This document shows, piece after piece, positions 50,146 to 61,211 of a DNA stretch of 64,000 nt (positions within the stretch are counted from its first letter, which is position 1; each line of letters begins with the position of its first letter). Source of the stretch: Laetmonice hystrix (Eukaryota); contig OZ249436.1 of the NCBI GenBank assembly GCA_965235115.1, forward strand, positions 51,646,001 to 51,710,000, in the 5' to 3' direction. The translations under genes were made by a program, and so were the position numbers. The notes under the pieces are model-generated. The model was not told where the DNA came from. It made no database searches and saw only the letters and a list, made by a program, of their open reading frames with translations.

Positions 50146-50605
50146 AGGTTAGCAGAATGTTTTTGGTTCTCTAAAGCACTCTAAGTCATCTTCCCTTGCC
50201 TAAAACGATGCTTCTTCATGAGGCTCTTGTGATGCAGTACTTTTAAGTGGCTTTTTTGGCAGAATATATGTCAGACTGGCCTCTCTGCCCTGCCCTGGCT
50301 CTGCCTAAACTCTACACTTCGCCTGGACGGACCACCTGGACCTGGTGAAGCTGAAGCTCGGTCTGTTGACATTGTGCATGTACAGTGTAGGGCTAATCCG
50401 AGACACCCTGACCCCCGTCCTGCGACAGGACGGGGGTCAGGGTATCTGGGGGTCAGGGCCTATCAGTACCACTAAGCACCAGTGCTTTGCTGCTGTGCTG
50501 TGTGTGTCGCGCACTCAGATCTCCGTTGGCGTTGTGTTGGTCTCAGCACTCCGGGACCGGGGCCGGGGGCAATTGCTAAATTGTTTAGATGCTGAATCTG
50601 ACTAA

Positions 50606-51840
50606 GTGAGCACGCGCTAGTCGCTGTTTGGGCTCACACCTCCAGTCAGGAACCAGTCAAACCGTCACACGGCCAAACCGTCACCTGTGACGGTTTGACC
50701 GTTTCGTTTTGAGCAGATGTGACGGTTTGACTTTGCTTCCTGGGTCCAGAGCCCAGACAAGACCCGGCCCCCGGGGCCAGTCAAACCGTCACACAGGCAG
50801 GGCAGCAACCGAGGGCTGCCATACCCCCTACCCGGCCGGGCTGCTGAGGCGGGGCCGGGGGGCGGCAGCGAGCGAGCGGCCGGCCGGCCGGCGGTCCCGC
50901 GGCAGCTTGAGCGGGTAAGCGAGCGGGCGAGTGACTGGCCACCGCTCCCTCCCTCACCCCGGGCAGGCTCGGCAGCCGTCCGAGGGGCTTATATGACGGG
51001 CTCATTTCGCGGCGGGCTCAAGTGACGTGATACCGGGGGGGCGATGGTAGACAGTTCATAATATTCGCGGCTAAAACGGCCAATGTAGCCAATGTAACTA
51101 ATCTTGTGGTAGGTAGGCGTATAGCGCGGCTATAGCCGGGCCCACTCTATTATATATATAGCGAGGGTGAGGGTGAGACTTCGAGGCCACAGGATGGCAG
51201 TGAGACATGATGTGACGGTCTGACCGACGGGGACTCGCCCGCCTGTGACGATCTGACTGTGACGGTTTGACTTTCACCGTGTGACGGTTCGGCCGTGTGA
51301 CGATTTGACTGGTATTCCTCCAGTCGTCTGCTACCTGATGGAGTTTTCTTCCAAACAAGAATAAACGACAGTCTGGATAGGTAAATTGTAAACCAAATAT
51401 CGCAGAGGAGATGAGAGTTATTACGTGTGACTCAACTAGGACCTGATATTTCGGATAGTTAGACTAGAACACACGGCTATGCAGCTAACCTCCCGGAGAT
51501 CTGAGACCACGACACTGGTGTCACGGTCTGTTTTCTCTGCCGGTCTGTAATCTTCGGGTGCATGGTTTCCTATTGTTTAGAGGCTGACCCAGACGCAGTG
51601 GGCACGCATGTGTCGCAGTTTGGGCTCACATCTCTGGTCGTCTGCTAGCAGATGGGCCGTGGAGTTTTCTTCCAAACAGTAATAAACGACAGGCTGGATA
51701 GGAAAATTGTGGACCAAAACTGACGGAGGAGAAAACGGTTATAACGTGAGAGTCCATCCTGACTTGATATTTCGGATAGTTTACCGAGAACGCTACAAGT
51801 ACACACGACTCTGCAGCTCACCTCCCGGAGATTTCAGACC
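50606..51840. repeat. Tandemly duplicated ~245-bp unit; copy A interrupted by a MITE
   Basis: 50606-50647 + 51326-51500 aligns with 51598-51840 (GGGCTCACA..., GGAGTTTTCTTCCAAACA.AATAAACGACAG, GATATTTCGGATAGTT, CACCTCCCGGAGAT). Confidence 0.8.
50648..51316. mobile_element. 669-bp non-autonomous TIR element with 9-bp TSD (Mutator-like; 8-bp/hAT reading also possible)
   Basis: CCTCCAGTC at 50639-50647 and 51317-51325; TIR ACCAGTCAAACCGTCACACGGCC / GGCCGTGTGACGATTTGACTGGT; many subterminal TGTGACGGTTTGAC repeats; very GC-rich core. Confidence 0.85.
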
Positions 51841-51862
51841 GTGGAGAAAACAGACCGCGACA

Positions 51863-52231
51863 CCGGTGTGGCATACTGTAGCTTCTGCCGTACTGTACAT
51901 TCCGCTCGGGCATCTTCCTGGCTTGGTGCCATCACTGACTGCTTCTTTAACTTGCAGTGGCATAAATCCAGCTAATTTGACCACAGTTTGCAATTTTTGG
52001 ACACAGAACACATAGGCCTACAAATGTTTAGATTGGGCTTGATAAAATACCATTTAAATAGGTACACAATCGTTTAAACTTAAAGTACAAGTCACGGCCA
52101 GAGAGACCGGCTGCCCAATTGCACTGTCGCGGCTATCGGCGCATTCAAGTCCCGGTCAGTGAGAGCTCCCAGCCGGGAAGGTGCCCGAGCGGAATGTAGA
52201 GTACAGCGGAAGCTACAGTACACCACACCGG
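51863..52231. repeat. 77-bp inverted repeat with ~215-bp spacer
   Basis: 51863-51939 is the approximate reverse complement of 52155-52231 (TACTGTAGCTTC..TACATTCCGCTCGGGCA). Confidence 0.8.
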
Positions 52232-53151
52232 ACAATGAACCCCTGGCAGTGGCACTGTCTTTGGCCCTGATGCTAATTGTAGGAGTCATTTAATATCATT
52301 CATCATATGCCATGTCAGAACTTGGAGTTAACCAATTAAACCATCACTAACACTGTATAATGACAGTCTTCAGTACCAGTCCAGGCACAGTTCAACTCAG
52401 GAAAACACAGCTTGTCAGTGACAAGTGAAGGGATATTTAAACCAAACTAAAGCTCATAATTGCGTAAACAATTAAGGCAGTGTATATTTAGCCGGCAACG
52501 GCTAAGGAAGATTATCTTAGTTTGGCGAATTACCGAATCCAAACAAATTTCTTGGGTTAGCCTTAATGTCAGGCCTAGGGGTAGTTTTATTTTTGTCTCA
52601 AATTGGGTGCTAATTAGGTGTTAATTGGATCTTATAGTCAGCTATTTAGCCGTAGAGCATTATCTAATGACCAATAGTACATTGAATATTAGTTAATGAT
52701 CACATGAACACATCGCATATGATTTATCTGAGCTGAGATATGGTAAGGCACAGAACAACCCAGTGGACAAATTTACACAGCAATTTAAATGTAGGCCTAA
52801 TTGTCCAGGTACAGAAGTGTGGCATAAATTCAGATTTTGATGCACCAATATAGCTACAATGATTTCAGGGTTTAAATAAGCATGCTTTGACACTGCAAAT
52901 CGTGCTGTGATCAGAGAAGTCCATGTCATGGACTTCATTAGCTGTGTTTGACTGCTGGTAAGAATTTTGGAATTAACGGGATGTTTCAGTTGCTTTGACT
53001 TTTCACTTTTGATCAATGAATAAGATGGGCACTTGATATCATACTAGTATTGTATGTTTCTATATGTTGTAGGTATTTTTAAACAGTTGGCATTGAGCAT
53101 CAAGTTTCTACAGTTATTCTGCTGGGAATGTGTTAATCCAGCACACGTAAC

Positions 53152-56100
53152 ATGATGGGGGAACTCTCCAGGTCGCAGGAGTACCAAAGTTTTCGTAGCA
53201 GCATTTCCCAGCGTAAGGTAGGTGGCAGGCATATAGTTTTAGGGCAATGTTTTTAGTTCAGTGAATTTGCTCCGTTTTTGGTGCAAAATGCATAGAAAAA
53301 AATTTCTGGCGCCAGTAAAAGGAAAGTTAAGCCCCAACCATCAACCCTATAAAACATGCTGAGACGTGTATGACTGTATCAGCTAGATGCTTCACCAGCC
53401 TGGCAATAGCGTGAAAGGTCGCTGTCCACACTTCAGTGTCACCATCACCTCCCATTGTTAATCGGGCTGTTGCTTTCCCTATTGAAAACAATAGGACACA
53501 CCTTTATTTTTAGAATCCATCATATATATGTAAAACAATGGGTGTTAAAGGGAACACCACAGCTTTAGGCAAAATTGGTATATAGCAGGCCAGCTCCCAC
53601 TGGGAACCTAGGGACCTGGGAATGATATCCTTCACTAACTTACAAGCCGTCCTCAAACACATGTGGCCATCGATAAGCCGCACCCCCAATTTGTGAGTAG
53701 TTTGAGGGGGAAAAAAGTGTGGCTTGTACCCGGAAGATTACGGCAATCCCCAAATATCATCCTTCTTTTACATACAAAGTTTTTTTGAATGGACATAGGA
53801 TGTAATTGTGTAATTAGCTCCACTGCTTATGTGTGATGGAAATCAATTTCCATCTATTAGATTAATAATGTTATAACATTAGATTCTATCTCAGGTACCA
53901 GTAGTTCAGTGTGACAGAAGGATCTTAGTTTCCATCTGTTAGATTAATACTATAACATTAGATTCTATCTCAGGTACTGGTAGTTGAATGTGACAGAAGG
54001 ATCTTGTGTTTTACTTTTAGATTGTTGTCGATGATGATGCAGACAAATGTTGGACCATGTATGATGCTGGGCCCAAGTCTGTCAGGTGCCCCGTAATGTT
54101 TCTTCCACCAGCTAGTGGCAAAGCTGACGTGTTTTTTAAACAACTTCTAACGTTATCTGCAGCTGGCTACAGAGTAATTGGGGTAAGTTCACACAGGTGT
54201 TTAGCTCAGTGTTAGCATAAAGCACTAAGGTACTGGGAAAATTCTTTAAGTGGAGCAAGATAACTATCTTATCATTTGTTTAGAAGCAGTTTTTAGTTCT
54301 AAGTTGTATGAAGAAATATTGGTTTTTATAATACTTTCAGCTGGAGTATCCTGTATACTGGAACCTAAGAGAATGGTGTGAAGGCTTTAGGAAACTTTTA
54401 GATCATCTGCAACTAGATAAGGTTAGTACAGTGTATGTCGTTTCCTAAAAAGACAACCGAGAATAGATTCTTACTGTATACCTATGTAAATATTTCTTGA
54501 GTATCTAACAAGAGGAAGTGGCATATATGCTTAATTTGAGCATCGAGCAAATGAATAGATTTTTCTTTAAACAGAGACATTATATAAACCAATACATATC
54601 TAATGGATAGTGTGACAATATTTTGTCATATAACATTTGTTTGATTTATAAAGCATATTAATAACTCTAATAATGGCCTCTATCAGAAGATCCTATAGTG
54701 TTCTGGAACCCTTATGACTGCCAATAAATGTATTTTATAGACTGGTAGTTTGAGTCAAGTCCTATCATTGAACCTGCTGCCATTCACTTCTGCCAGGAAT
54801 AGTTGACTATGTTAATGAGGAGCATTCACAGTCATTTTCCTCACACCAAAACTATTGTTTAAGTCCACTGTACACTTGTCCACCAATGAGAATTCTACAA
54901 GTGTGACAAATTATAACCGAAACGCTGCACTTCTGTTTGATTTTAATGGTTTCAGTAAAGCAAGCTCTCAGCTCTATACAGCAGCTTAGTAAAAACAGCT
55001 CTCTCGACATACAGAAATAATAAAGGAATGGGGGCTACAGCACTAACCAACCACCGTAGCCTTGACATATACCGGTATAAAGACCGGGGGGTTAAACTGA
55101 TTGACAGGTTTAATGGGGTATTGTAATAAATGAGCACGGACTTCCCATCCCTAATCTAGAAATAGAACTGTCCTCATGGAGGGGAAACCTGGCCATGACA
55201 TGCTTTATTTTGGTTTGCCATTGACAGGTGCACCTGTTTGGAGCGTCTCTAGGAGGATTTCTTGCTCAGAAGTTTGCAGAGTTCACCAGCATTTCTCCAA
55301 GGGTCCATTCACTAATATTATGTAATACATTCACTGACACCGCCATCTTCCAACAAACAAGCTCGGCACCAACGTAAGTATGCATGCTTTCAGACATCAG
55401 AAATATTGGATTAAGAAATATAATTATTAAAAGATCTGCACCTTCCATAGATATGTACTGTAAGTTGGGGATTAAAAGCTTCATTTTTCTGACCTTGTGT
55501 GTTTCAAAACGTGCTCGCAATGGGAATAATGAATCAATTCACATGGAAATTGTTACATAGAGGTAGAGGTATTTGTCTTTTGTCCAGTATGAAATTTAAG
55601 AAGCAGATTCAAGGGTTCTTCTTTGTTTGACAATTTGAAAACCATCAAAAAAGTATTTAAAAAACCTGAAAACTCGTGACCTTGCTAGCTAGCAGTGCTT
55701 GCCATGCAAAATCTGTCCCAACAACCTATACAAAAAAGTACCCAGAATTATTCTCATGTTGTATGGTCTCCACAGATATTTTTCTTTTAGCAAGACTCCT
55801 AGAAGTGGATGGGTTACTAGGTTGAAAACAACGACCTAGCAACCATTCACTTCTATGTTAAATTGTCAAGGTTGTTATTATCGACATTGGCTTTAGTAAA
55901 ACCGGCCCCAGCAAGCTTTGTTTGGAGATTTAAAAGTTCCTAAAACTTTGATAATAACGTTAAATATCAAAACAGACAGACAACTCCTCACACTCTTATA
56001 TAGCTATACATTTATTACAATTTCTGAGTTTCAAGCAAAGGTTGAACTGGATGATGTCCCAAGTTCCCAACTTAGGGTACTGATCTATAGAATTGGATTG

Positions 56101-58384
56101 AGATCATTACCACCAAAAGCATTTGTTTTACCAGTATTTGAGTGTTTGGGATTTATTGTTTCACATTTATATTAAACATACTGGAGAAATTCTCTTAGCC
56201 AGTTGGTGTTGTTAGGTTCTGGATGATGCCAGCAATCTTACTGAAGAAGATGGTGATGGGCAACTTTGAGAAAGGCCTCGTGCAGAAGGACATTGCTGAC
56301 TCCGTAGACTTCATGGTCGAATCTGTAAGTAAAGATTTGTGTGTTTGTTTCACTGTATTGGCATTCTACAAGAAATTGAAAAATTGGGGGTTAACTAAAA
56401 AAACCAGCAGGATTATTAGGAGGGGGCATTTTGTTAATGATATCGATATTAACTTAATCCCCAGTAACCTCCTCGTAAGATGTTGAGGATTTCATTTACA
56501 GAGGAGCTTAGTAACACTGGCCACCATTAAGTTTGATTGATCTCACGTTTCTTGGAAAATATGCCCTGTGTTTTCAGCTGGACGCCCTCGGTCAACAGGA
56601 ACTAGGCTCCCGACTCACTCTCAACTGTATGAATGCTTACGTGGAACCACAAAAGTTGCAAGATGTTGCTATAACTGTTATTGATGTGAGTCCAGCCATA
56701 ATTTGTTTTTTGAGCTAAGACAGAATGGTGCTTTAGTGCCAGATGATAATACAGTGACTTTGTCTGATGTAAATTCATCACACACAGTAAGTCATCTGCT
56801 ATCCACTCTGTCTAATTACCTGGTCCAGCATTTAATCTAGTTTTGTAATATAAGGTTCTGACTATTTGTAGGCAGATGTTTGGACAGAAGTTGTTAAGAA
56901 GAATCCTTGATTTAATTACATGTATATTTAAACAGATATTTCGGCACATGTATCTATAAATAGCTCTGGAGAAAACTTTTGAGCTGAGAAGTAATGTGTC
57001 TTATTAAAAGAAAAGAAAATCGCCAGTCTGTACAGGCCAGGCACACAGGCCGTGATATTCTAAGCAAGTTAAAAAAGATTTGAACACAATTGGTGCTCAA
57101 ATAGTTAAGATATAAGCACTTTAGTGCTGGGGCCTGCTTAGAGCGCTGCTCAGCTGGTGGATTCCGCCATAGCATCTGGTCGTTGGGCTAATCTCAAATT
57201 GCGCATGCTCGACCTAGGCCTGACCAATCACAGCACCACTGCTCTCCAGTTTGGGAGGAACTAAAAACTGACTCACCTGTTGCATTGAGCGATTCGAAAG
57301 GTAGCCAACGTTGACAGCTTATAAGCAAAATTTGTTATAACATAGACGAAAACCATCAATCATAGTCATGAGGAATGGCTAGGAATTAAGCCTACTGATG
57401 TCAGGGGATATATCAGGGTGGACACGGATCTGGGCAGCCGTGGGTTTCGGCTGCCTGCATTCAATTCATCCCGCTCTGAGGTGTGATGTTGACGGAGCTC
57501 AGCGCCACTGGGGCCGGGCCCGACTCTGACTACGACCGCGGGCACTGGCAGTGTCAGCACCACAGGAGTCAGACTCCTGTGGTCTGCACAGACCTGTTGC
57601 GTTTAGTTGTGACTGTGGGACTGACCCCCGTCGATTTGCCCACCCAAGTCGGCTGCCTTTAGCCTAGCCCCGGCATGCAATAGATGGGCACAAGGACATC
57701 ACTTACTTCCGGCCAGCCCCAAAAAGGCTGCGCCGCTGAAGCCAGTGATTTTGACAGGGTTGTCATGTTCAACTTATGACTTCTTGTAGCTGTCCAAATG
57801 TGATTTTTGACTGGTCTTCTCCTTTAAACAAGGCATAACAACATGTCTGATCACAAGCAGTTGGCAACACTGCTATGAAGTGACAGAATAGAATATGGTT
57901 TGGTATTTCTGTACAGGTGAACGATGAATGTGCCTTGTCGCAAGCAGTAAAGGAAGAGATGTACAAATGCTACCCAGAGGCTCGCAGGGCTCATCTCAAG
58001 GATGGTGGCAATTTCCCGTATCTGAGTCGAAGCGATGAAGTTAATGTTTATATTCAGGTAAGCTTATATACAAGTTTTAAGCATCTTTTTTGGTTTGTTT
58101 TGATGGAGTTGAGTCATATAGCAACTAAAGTTGTACCTAGAAATCTTTCAGTCACCGAAGAACAAATCTAGCCTTTAGTTTTGAAACTGCCTTTTTTGTT
58201 GCCTATGTCTGGCAGAGACTGTTGTATTTTGCAGATCCATTTACGTCAATTCTGGGATACGAGGTATAGTGCCATGGAACCAAGTCGAGAATTGACAAGA
58301 CAGATTCGACAAGGCGAGGAACAGATATCCTCTGGTGCGAGTAAAACCAAAGATGACATTGATAATGAGGCAGAGACTTTGTAG
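53152..58384 (+). CDS. SPG21: Maspardin (spastic paraplegia 21 protein; alpha/beta-hydrolase fold), 320 aa
   Basis: [16 protein letters not shown]..., [63 protein letters not shown]. Exons 53152-53217,54021-54182,54341-54421,55228-55373,56216-56324,56578-56685,57917-58057,58235-58384 (963 nt); AATAAA at 58706 and 58919. Confidence 0.97.
53847..54005 (+). repeat. ~82-bp tandem duplication just upstream of the SPG21 exon-2 acceptor
   Basis: TATAACATTAGATTCTATCTCAGGTAC...GTGACAGAAGGATCTT x2. Confidence 0.9.
56995..57305 (-). mobile_element. Interspersed repeat family, copy 2 (SPG21 intron)
   Basis: Reverse-complement match to 28241-28510. Confidence 0.85.
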
Positions 58385-59856
58385 AGTCAAGCGACTTTCT
58401 TTTACACTCATTATGAAGGCTGGAAATGAAATTCTTCCTAGATTACACTTGCTGACCTTGGAGGCCCTGATTCTATTAACAGTACTGTACATATTGAACA
58501 GTCACTAAGGCCTTGCTTACTTAGGAGGGGATGCGTCCCAGCTTTCTTAAGTAAATAGTTCGTGTAGAGGTTCTAAGCTCTCTTAAACATGGGAATATGA
58601 ATAATTGAGAGTGAGAGGGCATGATGCTCTTATGTTGTCTGCTTCCATAGTAAAGGTGCCCAGCCTCCGGCATTTGAAACTTTAGGAATAATTTTAATAT
58701 CGTGCAATAAACATAGTATTAGAAGTACCGGTATTTCCTTCCGTACAGATTCTTGCATCCATCAAGAAGTTTGCAACTGATATCAGGAGGAAATTTTCCA
58801 ATTCGACACAGTGGCCAATATATAAAGAGAAACTGTGGTAACTTTTTCAGCTTCAACAAGATTTTAAGTCCTGTTGGGACCTGAATTACTGTATTCTTCT
58901 GTGTGCGCTCTAGTGTGTAATAAAAAAGATGGTACCTGAGAGTGAAGTAAAAGTGTAAGTGAAGACAAGGTTACCCCCTTCTTTACATTTTCGGGATCAC
59001 ATTTTCTCTACTCTTAAAACACTAGACAGGGCAATTATTTTTGGGTTGCAATTTAAACCTGAAATGTTAATGTTTTGCAAAGACATAACAAAAATTCCTC
59101 TTTTTATATATTTCTGAAAACAGGTAGCATATACATGTACAAAGATGTATGCATATGGGAACAAAGAGAGTTGCTATGAATGATGAATACATGGAAACTA
59201 ATTGTGTATATATATTTTCCTGCAAGGCATAATTACCATACGTGTAGTGCTGAGGCATCGCGTATTAATTTTGTGCTGCGACTTGTGCATCCCAAGTTAA
59301 AACTCCGTGGAGGTGTATATTGAGAATAGACCGTATCCCCTTCAGGAGCCGAGATGAACTGTGAGCAGCTCCAAATGTAGTGCTTGGTCCCCAACTACGG
59401 CAGTGAATGATTCAGAGGCCGGTATTTTGTATATTATAAATGATATGTTTGGTAGTAATAGTACCCATGCCACACCATGTTGTTACTGGTAACCTTGATG
59501 TGTATTTCCATAGCAGGGCATAATTTACCCGGTATCGCATCGCAGTTTGCAACCCAATTTCACCCCGTTACGATTCAAAAACAGTATGCTTCACAATGAA
59601 TTGCTATTCAAATCCCTTCTGAGTAGCAGTCACTGCAAATCAATTCTTCTGAAGTAAATTATCCCCTGCATAGCTTTCAACAGTAGTCAAGAATATTGGG
59701 ATGGGTTCTTGCAGTAGTCGTGATGCAAAAACAAAGATGCTTTATTTCCCATGTACTGTGACGGGCAGTGCTGTTAACAGGGCTAGTAATAAAATAAGAG
59801 TCTAATTGGGGGAGGGCTTGCACCCTAGTCAGGTGTGTAAGTTTTTGCATTGTAAT

Positions 59857-61211
59857 CAGGGATGAAAGTTTTCAGGAAATTTCCTGAAATCAGGAAATTT
59901 GAAAAAATCCCCCCCCCCCCAAGAAATAACACCCAAAAAAGGAAATAGGCCTAGATCTATAGGCAAAAGAGGTAGGCCTAAGCCAAGGCTAAGTATTGCC
60001 CTGGACTGTGTGGTGGGCAATTAAACTCAAATGAAACAATATCCCCTTCCAGGACGTTTTTTAACACCATGCAGCTCAATATATCTCTACCTGCCAAAGT
60101 TCGTTTATAGATGGGGATATTAGAGTGTCTCAAACCCGTCCAGTGTCACGGGTGCCACCGTGCATAGGCCGGTCTGCCGGGGGTGCTGGTCCCTGTAGCT
60201 GTGGTGACATCGCTCACATAGACCGGCCCGCGTGGGCTGACTTCTACCGGCACGCGGTGGCGTCTGTCCCGTCTGGCAGGCACGGCCCCGTGTCGCTGTG
60301 GTGAGAGCGACTCACCTCAGGTAATGACTTCAGGCAAAATTGATGGTCAGGCAGCTGCGAAGCCCGTTGATTCAGGCTTGCCATTATGCCATATCCATGC
60401 GCGAGTTTTGCCTGAGCGCTCACTTAGTGATAGCAACGAGACTATAGACAGACCGGTCTGTCTAGTCCCGGTGATAGTGATTAGGCTGACGAACTACGCA
60501 CCATCACAATGTCACTCCTCACAGGAAACTGGGTCAATTTAGTTCTATGAATCTGCCTAGTATATATGTCAGTAAGTTCTCATAATGTGTTCTTGCATAG
60601 GCCTATAAATTTGAGGATAGTGGCATTACGTAAGTGGTTTTCACTGAAGTTTTGGGGTTGTCAGGACTTTTCATTACATTTGTCGATCAGTGCAGGTGTC
60701 CTGATAAGACCGGAAGTGACAATTTTCACAACAACATGAGTGGTACATGGACACACGGGCTGAACCACTCGACTCAGCGACTGTGTTGCTTGGTAACGTA
60801 ATCGGTTGCATTTTGGACGCTAAAAGCCGACTGGATTCCAATGTTGGAGAGAGACGGCAGAGCGAGGCAGAGGTTGACACTGACTGTGACTGAGTGACAG
60901 GCAAGCAACAGCCTTGAACAGGGGCATGGACTGATGAGTGATGGAGTCTATCCAGCAAATTTGCAGGGGTGGGGGGTTGAGGGGGTGGGGGTGGGGGTGG
61001 GGGTGGTGGCTAGGCCCTATAATATATAATAGCTAGGAGGCCTTATCGGATCATGATTGTCTGCTGTTCCTAGCCTGACTTTTTTTAAGGGGGGGGGGGG
61101 GGTAAGCCTTGGATGTGCGCATGAACAAATATTAATTATGGACATTGGCCCCCGCCGCTCCCCCCCGGTCAGAATTTCAGGAAATTTTACAGCTGGCCAC
61201 TTTCATCCCTG
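59857..61211. mobile_element. 1355-bp non-autonomous hAT element
   Basis: Perfect 13-bp TIR CAGGGATGAAAGT / ACTTTCATCCCTG; perfect 8-bp TSD ATTGTAAT (59849-59856, 61212-61219); subterminal CAGGAAATTT repeats; no transposase-length ORF. Confidence 0.92.

Noticed and set aside
52307-52350. ATG TCA GAA CTT GGA... as the SPG21 start
   Set aside because: Stops after 12 codons; the maspardin-like N-terminus is at 53152 with a phase-compatible donor.
53670-53745. pogo/Tigger-like MITE end (similar mariner-like end at ~8385)
   Set aside because: Only one degenerate terminus visible in each case; too little to delimit an element.
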